Made by a program: the position numbers and the translations under genes. Shown piece by piece: positions 22,801-35,473 of a stretch of 64,000 nucleotides of DNA; the first letter of the stretch is position 1; every line of letters starts with the position of its first letter. The notes beneath the pieces were generated by a model. The model saw only the letters and a program-made list of their open reading frames with translations, searched no databases and was not told the DNA's origin. Source of the DNA: Marsupella aquatica (Eukaryota > Plantae > Marchantiophyta); contig OZ316899.1 of the NCBI GenBank assembly GCA_973895155.1, positions 9,484,287-9,548,286 on the forward strand, written 5' to 3'.

Positions 22801-23663
22801 GTGGAGAGCCCTTAGCTAAATCCATTGGAGAGATACACAAAAAATCTGAAGAGATTATCCCATTTCTTAACAAGTACCTTGATTTTTTGAGAAGGAGTTG
22901 CACTGATGAGACATCTATAGCATATAAGGAAAGATTTCCTCTTGTGAAATATTGGGAGAGAATTGTGGAGTTGTTGACAAATGGGCTCGCACTAGAAGGG
23001 GAGGGAAGTACTCAATTTCCCTTGAAAAACAGATTTTGGCCTAAGACCAACCACGGCACTGGTTACAAGGTCAACCAACCGGAACAAAGTGGTCCTCCAA
23101 GTGAAGATGAGGAGAATGCAGAGATAACAGCTCTTCAAAATGAGGTCTTGGAAGAGATGGAAGATCAAGCAACACCATTTGTTGGATCTCGAGCTGAGAG
23201 AGAACAAGGACGATGGATTCCTTTATAGGATATTTGTGAAGGAAACTTTGTATTTCTTCGACCCGAGGATGATTGGGAGAATAAAAATGGTGGAGGTCAT
23301 TTCTGGTTGGTGAGAGCTTTGGGTTTGGTGGACCCAAAGCATGAAGTCCCAACTACATCTTCAACAAACCCTTCTCTGCCTCGACAGTACGCTCCAATGT
23401 TCCCAGTTGAATGGTGGAGGCCTAAACACTCCAAACTTAATGTGACTGAGAGTGCGCGGTATCTAAATTGTTTCATGTCCACTAAGACATGGGAACGAGA
23501 TCCAGGGTTTGGTGAGAATACACAACATTGGCAGTATGCAAATTCTGCAATGTATGGTTTTAAATCTGGAATGAAAGAAGAAAACATGGCGGGCAGAGGT
23601 TTGAAAATCCCTCGAAATGTTCTACAAACTGTCCAAAATTATCTTCAAAGGATGGACAAGTAG
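19886..23663 (+). pseudogene. Sola-type DDD/E transposase with three N-terminal Tnp1/En/Spm-like domains; stops and frameshifts
   Basis: CCKQKCC, VCRHAFAIIHGFS, FAKCTLC, CVIHDKMDQAK, LTLQMDNSAKDNKN, SFLMVGHTHEDVDALFS. Confidence 0.8.
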
Positions 23664-23915
23664 ACTTAGTTGTTAGAAGCTATAATAATTAAATAGATAG
23701 TTACTAGTTTTTATGTAACTAAGATCGTCACTCAGTCAAACATAGTAATTTACGTACTAGTTATTTACTATTCTAATACTTTTAATTTGATACTATCTCC
23801 TCATTTTCTAAACTTTTGATCATTATGAATATTAATGTTTGCTTTTTCTACATAATTAAAAATATTTTTCTATTCATTCCTTTCTTTTAAATGATTATAA
23901 GAAGAGTTGGTAGGC

Positions 23916-24240
23916 AAATGTACACTTTTTAGGCCAAATGTACACTTTGTTGCACTAAAAGTTACACTTTCTAGACCAAATGCACTTAAATGTACACTTT
24001 TTAAGCCAAATGTATGCATTTTTCACTCAAATGTACACTTTCTAGGCCAAATGTACTCAAATTTACACTTTTAAAGTCAAATGTACCTATTTTGATGTTC
24101 AAATTTACATTTTTTATTACCCAAATGTACACTCTTTGGGCCAATTGTACACTTTTCTATCCCCAAATGTACACTTTTCATTGGCCAAATGTACACTTTT
24201 CTAAACCCAAAAGTACAATTTTCATTGCCCAAATGTACAT
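23916..24240. repeat. Right subterminal AAATGTACACTTT repeat cluster of the Sola-like element
   Basis: More than ten copies or variants of CCAAATGTACACTTTT just inside the right TIR. Confidence 0.85.
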
Positions 24241-24282
24241 AAATCAAATAATAATACATTTTTAATGAATAGGCTGATCAAT

Positions 24283-27200
24283 GTAATGTCAAATTCAGGT
24301 AGTGATGACTGGATTTTAGATAGTGCATGTACTTTTCACATTTACTCTAGGAAAGATTTTTTCAGTTCTTACACGGTTTCCAATGGGTCAGTGTTGATGG
24401 GAAATGGAATCCCATGTCAAGTTGTTGGACTTGGATCTGTAAAATTTCAGATGTTTGATGGTGCTGTAAGAACGTTGAGGAATGTGAGACACATTCCCAG
24501 CATGATGAAAAATCTCATTTCACTTGGAGTTTTAGAAGCAAATGGCCATAAGTGGATTTCTGCTAATGGTGTTCTTCAGGTTTCAACTGGTACTAAAGTT
24601 GTATTGAAGGGAAAGAGACATAGCAATCTATACGTTTTGGAAGGCAGTGTAGTCTGTGATCAAGCCAATGTAACCTTATCTCATGAGGAGACGGCCCGGT
24701 TGTGGCACTTCCATTTGGGCCACATGAGTGAAAAAGGTTTGGCTATTTTTCAGAAGAAATGATTACTTTCTAATTTGCAATCTTGTAAGTTGGAATTTTG
24801 TGAGCACTGTTTGCTAAGAAAGCAACACAGGAAACCCTTCAGAGTTGGAACTCACACCAGCAAGGAGGTACTTGAGTATGTACATAGTGATGTGTGGGTT
24901 CCAGCCCCTACTCCCTCACACTCTGGACGGTTATACTATGTCACGTTCATAGACAATTACTCAAGGTATGTGTGGATATACTTTCTACACAATAAGTCTG
25001 ATGTTTTTGCCACTTTTAAGAAGAAAGCCCAAGTTGAGAATCAGACTGGTAATAAGGTGAGATATCTTCGATCGGATTACGGTGGTGAATACAATTCTGG
25101 GGAATTTGGAACGTATTGTAAGGAGCAAGGGATTACCCGCTATCTCACAACAAGTTATACTCTTCAGCAGAATGGTGTTTCTGAGAGACTCAACCGAACA
25201 CTATTAGACCGCTTGAGGAGTATGTTGAGTCAATCATGCTTACCACATGAGTTTTGGGTTGAAGTTGTCAACACTGCAGTTTATTTGGTAAATTTTTCTC
25301 CATCCAGTTCTATTGGATTCAAGACGCCATTTGAAATGAGGTACGGGCGTCCAGCAGATTACTCACATCTGAGGATTTTTGGATGTGATGCTTATGTGCT
25401 TACACCTTCCCAGCTTCGATCCAAGCTGGAGTCCAAGTCAAAGAAGTGCATTTTCCTTGGCTATCAGAAAGGTGTGAAGGGTTATAGATTATAAGATCCA
25501 GTAACCTGTAAACTAATTGTCAATAGAGATGTGTCCTTTAATGAATCCAGATCATCAAAGGAGGGGGAGAGTTCTCAGGACTCCCATATTGACAAGGGGA
25601 AATCTCCCATCCTAGACCGGGTTGAGCAGGAGATTAGTCATGATGCTGTTCATGACAGGAGAGATGGAGAAGCTCCGGGCTTGGAGCTGGTTCTTGTGAT
25701 GGAACAAGAGGAGCAGATTGTTGCTGGGGTACCTCAAATTCAGCCAGTAGCAACAGCAGATCAGCCTGAGTCATCTACTAAAAGAACTTCCAGTCGTTCT
25801 ACTAGAGCTCCTACCAGGTATGGTCAATGGGCAGACTCATCTAAGCTAGATGATGTTGACATTGCACCTGATGATGATGATATGGCTTTGATCTTGGAAG
25901 AAGGAGAGTCTTCTTCGTACAGTGAGGCTTGTGCTTCAGAGCAAAAACATGAGTGGAATGTAACAATGCAGAGGGAGTTGAAATCTTTGAGTGACAACAA
26001 GACATGGAAGCTGGTGGAGCTTCCAAGAGGTCAGCAAGTGGTGGACAGCAAGTGGATTTACAAGTTTAAGGACAATCCTTCAGAGGGTGGAGATAAGATC
26101 TACAAGGCGAGGCTTGTTGCCAAGGGGTTCATTTAGGAGAAAGGAGTGGACTACAATGAGGTCTTTTCACCGGTGGCTAAGTATTCCACAATTCGGATCT
26201 TGTGTCAGCTTGTTGTTATTTTTTTTCTCTATGGCAACTTGGAAGAGTTGATCTTCATGAGACAACCACTAGGCTTTATGAAGAAGGGCCAAGAGAACTT
26301 AGTTTGCAGATTGCTCCAATCCTTGTATGGATTGAAGCAATCTCCCAGACAGTGGAACAAGTGGTTTGATGATTTCATGCTTGCTCAAAATTTTACAAGG
26401 ATGGTGTATGATCTTTGTGTGTATACAAAATCAGTCAAGAATGATGTATTTGATTTCATCATTCTCGTGATCTATGTGGATGACATGCTAATTGTGACTA
26501 AAGATCAATCTAAGGTTGACAGTCTCAAGGCAAAATTGAGTGTTGAATTCAGGATGAAGGATCTTGGTAAGACCAAGAGGATCTTAGGGATGGAGATTTT
26601 TAGGAACTCTGATACTGGACAGTTGTGCTTGAGTCAAGGCAAGTATGCAAGGAAGGGACTTGCACGATTCAACATGGAGAACTGTAAGCCAGTGAGTATT
26701 CCTTTAGCTTCACATTTCAAGTTATCATCGGCTTTCAATTCTCTCCTACGGAGGCTGTGGAGAAAGGTTTGATGGCTAAGATTCCTTATGAGAAGGCAGT
26801 AGACAGTCTGATGTATTTGATGACTTGTACTAGGCGTGACTTGGTCCTAGCGATGGACAAGGTTTGCAGATTCATGTCAAATCCAGGGAAGGTACATTGG
26901 GAAGTTGTGAAGTGGATTCTCAGGTATATGAAGGGAACATAGGACTATGGATTACTATTTGATAACAAATCAGATAGAACGTTAATTGGCTATGTAGATT
27001 CTGATTATGGAGGCTGTCTGGATACAAGGAGGTCTACAATTGGGTTTGTATACACTCTTGGAGGAGGATGTATCAATTGGAAATCTACCTTGCAAAAGTG
27101 CATTTCTCAGTCTCCTACAGAAGCAGAGTATGTTATAGCAGCAGAAACAGCAAAGGAAGCAATTTGGTTGGATAAGTTGATCGCGGAGATGGGTTTAGAG

Positions 27201-27446
27201 CATGGAAAAATGACTCTAAACTATGATAGTCAGAGGGCTCTTCACTTGGCTGCTAAACAGGTGATGGATAGCAGGGTGAAACACATTGATATCAGGTATC
27301 ATTTTATCAGGCAAGCAGTGTCTGATAAAACTTTTGAGCTAGTCAAGATTGATGGAAAGCTCAATCCCGCTGATGCCTTTACCAATGTGATTCCTTTGGA
27401 GAGTTTCTCAAGACATCGTGCTACTTTGCAGGTTTTGCAATTGTAG
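24283..27446 (+). pseudogene. pol: Copia pol (protease, GAG-pre-integrase, integrase, RT, RNase H), with many stops and frameshifts
   Basis: WILDSACTFH, LWHFHLGHMSEKG, YVHSDVW, LRSDYGGEY, QQNGVSERLNRTL, YKARLVAKGF, LYGLKQSPRQW, YVDDML, KHIDIRYHFIR, in the copia domain order. Confidence 0.95.
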
Positions 27447-27653
27447 CACAAGTAGAGTTATTTAGCAATGTGTGACTATTTGTATATGGATTACTCATTC
27501 CTGTTAGGCTACGGCTTAGTTCTAGTTAACCCTTAGTTAACCCTTGTGATTTTTAGGGAAAGACCTGGTTTGGTGATTTTCTAGAACTTCCCGTTGAGGA
27601 TTCCATATGGTAGCATTTAGTCCAGTCCCCAAGACAAGAGTCAAAGGGGAGTT

Positions 27654-28353
27654 TGTTAGATATTGCTCTAGTCTTGTGACTCATGAGCTAATCACAGTTA
27701 GTCTAACTCGGGTTAGGACTTAGCTAATGTTAGCGGTAGTGTTGTTGTGCATATAGCCAGGGCTGATGCCAGACCCTGGTGGAACTTAGGCTCATTGTTA
27801 CGGAGCTAGTTGAGAGATAGAGAGAGCTTGTGCTGTGGAGGGGTATTTACAAACGACAGGAAATAGCAAACAGTAACAGAAACAGAAACTTGTAACAGGA
27901 AAATGAGTGGTAATTTTTTTTGAAATTTTTTTGAAATTTTTTTGAAATTTTTTTTGAAATTTGGTTTTTGGAAAAAAAGTTTTTTTTTTTCAATTTTTTT
28001 TTTTTGCTAGCACTCAAAGCTAGCCAAAAAATGTTGTAACTTAGATTTTTTTGGAAAATGAGACTTTTTAGAAAATATTTTGACATGGTTATTTTGCCTG
28101 GTAACGGTAACTTTTTGCTGGTAATAGGAAAAAATTTCCTGGTACCAGTAAACCTGTTTCCTGTTTGCTGTCACGCGTGCCATACCCACTGTGGATGCTT
28201 GGTATGGCTAGTCGGCCTAGAGTGCAGTAAAGCTCTTGTGTGTTCCCTTGGACGTAGCCTCATGTGGAGGTGAACCACGTATTTATCTGTGTCGACTCTT
28301 GTGCGTTGGATGTTTCATGGGCTTGCCGTTACGAATGTTGTCTATGCTCAACA
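27654..28353 (+). repeat. Copia 3' LTR, containing a MITE at 27840-28188
   Basis: Follows the polypurine tract AAAGGGGAG; begins TGTT and ends AACA. Confidence 0.8.
27840..28188. mobile_element. Non-autonomous TIR element (MITE) of the local MULE-like family
   Basis: Imperfect TIRs GGGGTATTTACAAACGACAGGAAATAG / CTGTTTCCTGTTTGCTGTCACGCGTGCCATACCCA, AT-rich core, flanked by the direct repeat CTGTGGA (27833-27839 and 28189-28195). Confidence 0.7.
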
Positions 28354-28614
28354 GAAAAATGACAATTTAAAAATGTCTCCTAAAACATGTTATTTCCAAA
28401 AAACATTAACAATGCAACATTTTTGGCTAGCTTTGGGCGTTACTATTAGCAGCGCCGAGCGCTAGCAAAAAAAACTGGTCGACCGAAAAAAAAACTTTTC
28501 AAAAAAAAAATTCCAAAAAAATTCCACCCATTTTCCTGTTACCAATTTTTTTTCCTGTTACCAGTTTTTGTTATTAAATCTTGTTTCCTGTTTGTTGTCT
28601 TTTGTAAACACCTC
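28354..28614 (-). mobile_element. Half of a MITE (same family as 27840-28188, opposite orientation) into which the copia inserted
   Basis: Ends TTTCCTGTTTGTTGTCTTTTGTAAACACCTC, the reverse complement of the 27840-type end; internal blocks also match (CATTTTTGGCTAGCTTTG). Confidence 0.7.
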
Positions 28615-28934
28615 GTTGTGAAGGTTCCTTGAATCTATCATGAACATCATATTCATTCAAGAAATTATAATTTAACATATAAGTTTTTATTAGCGCCAGG
28701 CGCTAGTTAAATATTACAGTCTAGAACCTTCAAAAATTAACTTGAAGTTTCGTTAGCGCCTGGCGCTATCATAGGGATATGTCGTTATGGTATCTTTATC
28801 CTCTCATATATAACACCGAAGATAATATTCCTTCGAGAACAGAACATTTCTTTTCGAATAGTTTACTAGTGTCGAGCGCTAATAAAATTTAACCTGATAA
28901 CCGTTAAACTTATCGTTTGATTATTGAGTACTCC

Positions 28935-29080
28935 TTTGATAGCGCCTGGCACTAGCATTGGGAGTTACCGTTACGGACCAGATATGCATGATACATATTT
29001 GCTAGCGCCTGGCGCTAGCATTGGGAGTTACCGTTATGGACCAGATATGCATGATACATATTTGCTAGCGCCTGGCGCTA
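28935..29080. repeat. 63-bp tandem repeat containing TAGCGCCTGGCGCTA
   Basis: Two full units plus a third palindrome. A 69-bp tandem built on the same palindrome lies at ~31370-31530. Confidence 0.85.
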
Positions 29081-29352
29081 TCAAAGGGAATTTGGACAAT
29101 CGTGTCATCTGAGATGATGTTTGTCAAACCATACATTACTATGTGCATATGGAGCCCGAAGTTTTCATCTCACTTACTTAGCGCCAGGCGCTATTATTTG
29201 TGTGCCTTGAAATTTATGTTCAAATTTTGATCAATAAGCTTTTCTTGGTAGGTGCTGACATGTGTAATTCCGTTAGAAAACGACAAGCATTCATTGCTAA
29301 TAGGTCACTTTGTCGTATTCGTAACGGTTTTATTCGGCACAAATGAATTTAG

Positions 29353-32300
29353 GTGGCCTCACATTTCTGTACGCCATTTCCAATGGATTCACGAATTATA
29401 ATTTCTCGCTGTCCGCCTGGCGACCTCGTGACAATCCTTCTCACCGATCCTAAGAAAAATGATGAAATTTCTGAGGAATATCTTGCCACCAGGTTTGGAA
29501 TTCCTAGGGAAAGCATACAGCAAATAGTTATCTCGGGAGACGAAGTGGTGGTTGATGTTTATTTCATTGAAGGAGTTCGGTATTGGAGGTTGTGCGGTGG
29601 GGTAAAGTATGACATCGTTAGTTTGGGAAAATTTGAGGTACCATCCTCCTCAAAGGGGAAGCTGAAAGTCGATTTGATTGACCTTTCAGATAGTAGCGAT
29701 GATGAAGATTTGGCGAAGCTTCATCTTCCTCAGAACAACTTAAAGTGGAGACAGTCCATGGGTGGACAACCGATTCAGTTGTGTACCGGAGGAGTGCTCT
29801 TGATGCGATTCTACAATCATAAGGCCAGATTGAGATCTCTAGATTCATGCAAAGGAATGATTACCGATTTGAGCAAGTATCAAGCTTGCCTGGCACGTAC
29901 AATGAGAATATTGTTTTCGAACTACCTCCAGTTGTTGGAGTTTTCTCAAAAGGTGAACGCCTCCGGGACATGGATCGCGGCAAGGACTGCTACTATTGGA
30001 CTCGGATTGTCACGACTTCTGCAAATGTTCTCCCAAAAAAGGTGTGGGATTTTGGGAAAGTCTTTTGCACAGGTTCCCTGGAATGTCGTAACAATTCATG
30101 TTAGTTCTGGGCCGAACATAAAAGGAGGAATCCAAAGTTTTGGGCAAGAGTTCCTAAGATTTCTGGACCGCACGTAGTTGGGCAACTCATTCCTGAGGGT
30201 GGGATTGTCTGTCATTATTGTTGGGAGCACCCATTTTGTGTTGAGTCTTGTTCAGCGATGATGTTCTACATCTACGCGTCTTCCAAAGTTGATGTCGAGT
30301 CTGCTAAGCATATGTCGCGGCTTGCCATTCACATCGGAGATCATAACCATCCGAGCAAGCAAGTTTTTTCAAGAGAGGCAAAGAAAGTTGCAAAGATGCA
30401 CATGGAACAAAGTTTGACTTTAAATCCGCGTGCAACTGCGGCGGGTATGAAGAACACCGTCACGGGGTCTCTTTTTAAGGCAATGTGTGAGTCGTCAGTT
30501 CAAGACATGATCCCAATAGAAGAGACCAAGATTTTTGAATCTCTTCAAGTCATCTCAACGCGCGCCTCAGAAATTTGTGAACCTTCTGAGGAGTATCCGT
30601 CAAGACCAGAAAGGAAGAGGTGAATTGGAATTTCTGGTAAGCATGCAGAAGAACATTTCATTCCCATTTTTGCAAAGGTTCTTGTTGTCGGGACAAGGGT
30701 CTCGAGATGAGAGTGCACACATTTTCAAGATGTCCACTAAGGGTGAAGGCTGTGGTCTGGATCTTCTTCGAAAGATGAGTCCCGGAGGGCCTCTTGAGGG
30801 TGCGTGGGTAAGTTTTGATGTGATGCACTGAATGACAAAGGATTGGCTTACATTTAGTGTACATGTTTATGACCATAACTATCGTGCACTTTGCATGATA
30901 TTCACTTGCGAGTTGCGAGCAAAAGATACAAAATCCCTTGAGAGGGCTTGGCGTTTAATGTTGGAGGTGGCTGATGAGAACGGTCTTCACAATGTCCACA
31001 TTCATGGTTTTATGGCGGACAATGCTCAAGCTGGTTGGAATGCTGTGAGGAATGTGTTCTTTGGGGGACTTCCTGATCCCGAACGTGAGCGATCAGATGC
31101 ATTTCACTTCTTCCAGTCATTTCGGAGACACTCAATTGAAGGCATTCCTGAAGGAAAGCAGAGTGAACATCGTGCCCTCTAGGATAGGTTGCGGAATGCA
31201 AAGTCATTTATCGAGGCATATCGTATTTCTAGAGAAATTGATTCTTGGTGGAGGGCAGGGAATTGTTATCCTGGTAAATTATGAATGTTGCAAGGTTGGA
31301 TTTCATGGTGGGTTGTCCGCTGGCGCCAATGGGGAAACTTTATTCGATTGGTAAGTATTCTAAACAATCGTTGGTCAGCGCCTGGCGCTACTCAGACATG
31401 TTCAAAGTGATTACATATGCTATTGTTTCTATGTGTTCATTGGCTAGCGCCTGGCGCTACTCATACAGGTTCAAAGTGATTACATCTGCTATTATTTCTA
31501 TGTGTTCATTGGCTAGCGCCTGGTGCTATTCAACTCCTAAATCTAACCTTGTCGGGTGAATTCTGCAAAGCAAGAGTGCAGAAGAAGTGGCAATGATTCC
31601 AAATTGTGGTGGATCCGAGTCGTCTCACGCGTCGATGATTGCCTGGAAAACGAAGAAGAAGGTTGGAGTCTTTGAAGGGTGTGAAACCGACCAGAACAGA
31701 GCGATCTCTCAAATTGCAGCCTATACGGCCTACAAGAGAGGATTGAATAGAGGGAATGGTCAATCTGTGTTTGAGCTGGCTTTCCGCTCTGCAGATCTAG
31801 CGGGTTCCCCGCGGTTGTTTGAAGAAGCTTCAAACTTTTTCCTTTCCAATGCGGTTGAATTCAATTTGGAAAGGAATTCCCCTTTGAATGGGGATGTAAT
31901 ACCCGGTCAGTAAAGAGGAAGGGACATGCTACTGGAAATGTCTCTACGCAGGACTCCCACAAGCATGACACTATCCTCATTACGACCCCAAACACCCAAG
32001 GTTTGAAGCGAAGAAATCTCAATAGAACGGAATTCTCTGCAATTCCCTTTGAACCAGGTCCCCAAGAGAGTGTAGTCGTCAATATTTCAGAGAGCAATGT
32101 TTCAGCTAGTCTTGAAGAGCGAACACCTCCTCCTCCGATGGAGACAAGGTCATCTGCAACTCCAGTCACGCCCCCAGTACATGTTATTGAAGAAGTAACC
32201 CCCTCCGTGTTGGAGTCCAATGTTCCTTCTGGAGCATGGCATATTAGGAGAACTTCAAAGCATGGTGTTGGCCCAGTGTGCAATGGATCCCTTGGCAGAC

Positions 32301-33079
32301 ATGGAGATCGTGACGAATGTAGAAATCGATTGAAGAAAGTAGGGTACCGGACGTCAAACGAAGTCGTTGGTATCATAGTTTGAGCAGCACAAATTTTCAG
32401 AGGGGAACCACATCCAGAACTGATCTGGTTCTGTCCGAATAATGTTTGTTACAGAAGTCGTCCTTGAAAAGGTGTTGTGAATGTTCCGCCTCCTTGTGAT
32501 CACTTGCCCGTTGCATTGACTACAAATCTTTCTACTGCAAAGGTAGAGTTTCTGAAGGACAACGGAATATCGATCGGAGGTGAAGGTGATCGTGTAAGAA
32601 ATGCACCAAGTGGACTGGATCTTCGAATCGATGTCAATGTTTTCTTGGAAAGGATCAATCTACTTCAGTCGACAATTTGCTGTTTATCTCAAAATGGGAG
32701 GACGTGCCTACAGAGAGTGCATCTAATTAAATCGCACTATAAGAAGATTGAGGCAGCTGAGAAAGAAGAAATGAAAATAATCTGTTTCAGGGATGTTGCG
32801 ACAGGAAATGGATGGGGCAAACAATTTTGCATCCAAACACACATTGGTCACCACTCTGTCATTGCCTATTGGGTTCAGATTTGTTGCTTCCCGTGCTGTT
32901 CTTGCAAAGATTTCTATCGTCGTCATGCCCACCGCAAACCCTTCTTGCCTTGCAAACATGTGTATTGGATTTATAAGAATGTTTTCAAACTGGGCCTTCG
33001 AGAATCAACGTTGTCGAGTCAACCTATACTCACCGTTGGAGAAATACGTCTCTTGTTGGAACGACAAAGTTTAGGGTAG
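29353..33079 (+). pseudogene. MULE-type DDE transposase with a C-terminal SWIM zinc finger; frameshifts, stops and an intron near 31351-31570
   Basis: HIGDHNHP, WVSFDVMH, GFMADNAQAGWNA, ERSDAFHF, GGSESSHASM; SWIM CSCKDF..LPCKHVYWIY. Confidence 0.8.
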
Positions 33080-33546
33080 TATTTAAAGAGGTGTCTATTA
33101 TGTAGTTAACGTTAAATTGGTCAGTACTTTGTCATTTTCCAACGGCATTATCATAGATAGGAGCTTATTGAGAATGAGTGTATTAGACAATGTTTGGTTT
33201 TGTATAATAGGGTTGGATCATTGCTAGCGCCTGGCGCTAGTATTATTTACATATTTTGCTCTAAATCTGCCTTTTTAGGTTAGGGAAGTGCCCCGTTTTT
33301 TATAAAAATTGATTTTGAACACTCTTTTAAGTGGTTGGAGAGACTTGGCACTCCACTTTTCATGGAATTTTCAAATGTTTTTTATTGGTGTTGCTCACAA
33401 CAGTACGAATGATGACAATTCCTTGAATGTTTTTCCTGATGTGAGTAAAAACATTGCTGATAACAGTAAAACTTTCCTAATACGAGGAAAGTTTTTGCTC
33501 GTATCAATAAAAAAATCTCCTGTTTCCTGGCACGGTGTAAAGCCTC

Positions 33547-34572
33547 AATGAAAAGCCCAATGAAGTTTATCAAACAAGTGAAGTGGTGGACTACTTCTAT
33601 GAAGAAGCCCCAGAGATGGTGTACCAGATTTTGGGAGGCCCAAGAACTTTGCAAGGAAGACCAGCTCCACCCATGGCACCTCAACTTATGCCTGGTCTTC
33701 AACCAAGAATGGTGGATCAAATCGGACCTCAAGGACCCGGGGGAGTGGCAAGAACTACCATGGTGATCTGCTGGAACTGTAAAAAACCAGGGCACTATTC
33801 CAACACTTGCCCCGAACCAAGGAGGCAGGGACAAGGAGCTCCCTATCCTCTTTGTGCTGTTTGCAAAAGAGAGGGTCATGCCTCAGCCAACTGTCCTATT
33901 GGATCGGCTGCCAAGATGATGGTAGGAAGGGTGGAAGCCCCTCAACCAGTGGTTGCCAAAGCTCCTAATGAAGCCACAGTGAACTTCTTGAGTATGGAAT
34001 GGCAAGAGGAGACCAAAGATGGAGTGACACAATTGCTGGTGGGGAGTACCTGCCAGATCTACCGGGAATGGAGACACCTAAGGAGGAAGCTGTGTGTTAC
34101 AAGGTGTCTACCAGGTCCACAAGAAAGAAGGAAAGAGTAGAAGAGAGGAAGAAGAGGAAGGAAAGAAAGGAGCACTCAGTAGAGTCACCAACCAAAGTTG
34201 AAGTTGGAGCAGAAGTTCAAGTCCCACCAGCTGAAGATTGTGACTACAAGAAACCATCCAAAACTCTTCTATCCCAAGGTGAATGAGGAAGTCAAGAGGC
34301 AACTAGAGGAGATGGAGGCTAAGGAGCATCAAGAGGCCATCAACAAAGACCTGAAGGTTGCTAAAGCTTTGAAGGAAGAAGCTGAGGTGGAAGAGAAGAA
34401 GGAGACCAGCAAGGTACCCTCTTATGACATCAAGAAGGATGTAAAAGATTGTTTAGTTACTGCTACAGTGGGGCAGCTGATCAAAGACAACCCTTTGTAT
34501 AGGAGGCAACTGAAATAGATGTTGGTAGGAAGGAGAAGGAGGAAGCTTCCAAAGGTTGGGACCCCAGCTGAT
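33547..34572 (+). pseudogene. gag: Gypsy gag C-terminal fragment
   Basis: Two CCHC knuckles, YDIKKDVKDCLVTATVGQLIKDNPLYR; frameshifted. Confidence 0.8.
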
Positions 34573-35473
34573 CACTAGTAGAAACCGGGGGGTATTTAGA
34601 CCCCATTAAACGACTATTCAGTACCGTATAGGACTTGGAAACGACTGGGAAGGACTCCAGTCCTTTATAGGACTATGAGTCGTATGTTTTGTTACTAAAA
34701 TCAACTGAGTCCTTTATAGAACTGGTTTATAAGTCATTTTATAGACTGGATTTTCAGTCTATTGTAGTCTTTGTGTGGGTAGGTTTGGTGAGTCTTTTTC
34801 AGTCTTTTATGGGCTGTGATGGTGAGTCGTTGGGAACAACTCAAAAGGTTATGGAGGGTAGTCTTTAAATATACTTTGTGGGTTTATAAAATGACTAAAG
34901 TAGACACTTTGTGGGGGTTTATAAAACGACTAAAGTAGACACTTTGTGGGGTATGTACAAGTCTTTCATGTCAACTGGAAATGAGTGATGAAGACCCCAC
35001 TATACTACTTGGAATGAACTCACTCTTGTGCACAAATAACACATTTCATTCATGTTTTATTGTGTACTTGGAATGAACTCACTCTATAAGGTCACCATTC
35101 ACCATGTTAACATTAGAACCTCACACAAATTTTCAGAAAGCCATCTTCTATACCATGTACACTAATATGAATTCACAGATTCAAACATCATAGACTACAA
35201 AGAAGGTCACAAAGCATTCGTCTATACCATACACACTAATACTGAATTGATACAAAACAGATTCAAGTATCATAGACAATCACCATAGAGCCATAGTTTG
35301 ACATCAATCACTTGTTTCATACATACAGAATTCAGAAATATCAATGTCACACACAACGGCTCCTTCATCCTCTTTACCAAATGGAAAAATTGGTACAGAT
35401 ATTTCTTGGATTTTTCCAAGGCAATGTCAAAATGTAACACAATTCACATGATTCTATCTACACTTGTATTCAG

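Larger units (their letters stand above)
1843..24278. mobile_element. Large Sola-like DNA transposon, copy 1 (about 12.9 kb without the nested gypsy), carrying cargo genes
   Basis: TIRs ATAAGCCTATTCATTAAAAGTGTATT / AATACATTTTTAATGAATAGGCTGAT; perfect 4-bp TSD CAAT (1839-1842, 24279-24282); subterminal AAATGTACACTTT repeats; Sola-type transposase inside. Confidence 0.88.
599..28353 (+). mobile_element. Ty1/copia LTR retrotransposon, degenerate, interrupted by the Sola-like element 1843-24278; 5' LTR outside the window
   Basis: Gag at 766-1842 and PR-INT-RT-RH at 24283-27446 rejoin in frame (YALN|VMSNSGSDDWILDS) when the insertion and one CAAT copy are removed. PPT and a TG..CA LTR follow. Confidence 0.92.
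28615..33546 (+). mobile_element. Mutator-like (MULE) element, right part; inserted into gag of the second gypsy
   Basis: Transposase at 29353-33079; right end CCTGTTTCCTGGCACGGTGTAAAGCCTC matches the MITE TIR type; dispersed TAGCGCCWGGCGCTA palindromes. Confidence 0.7.
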
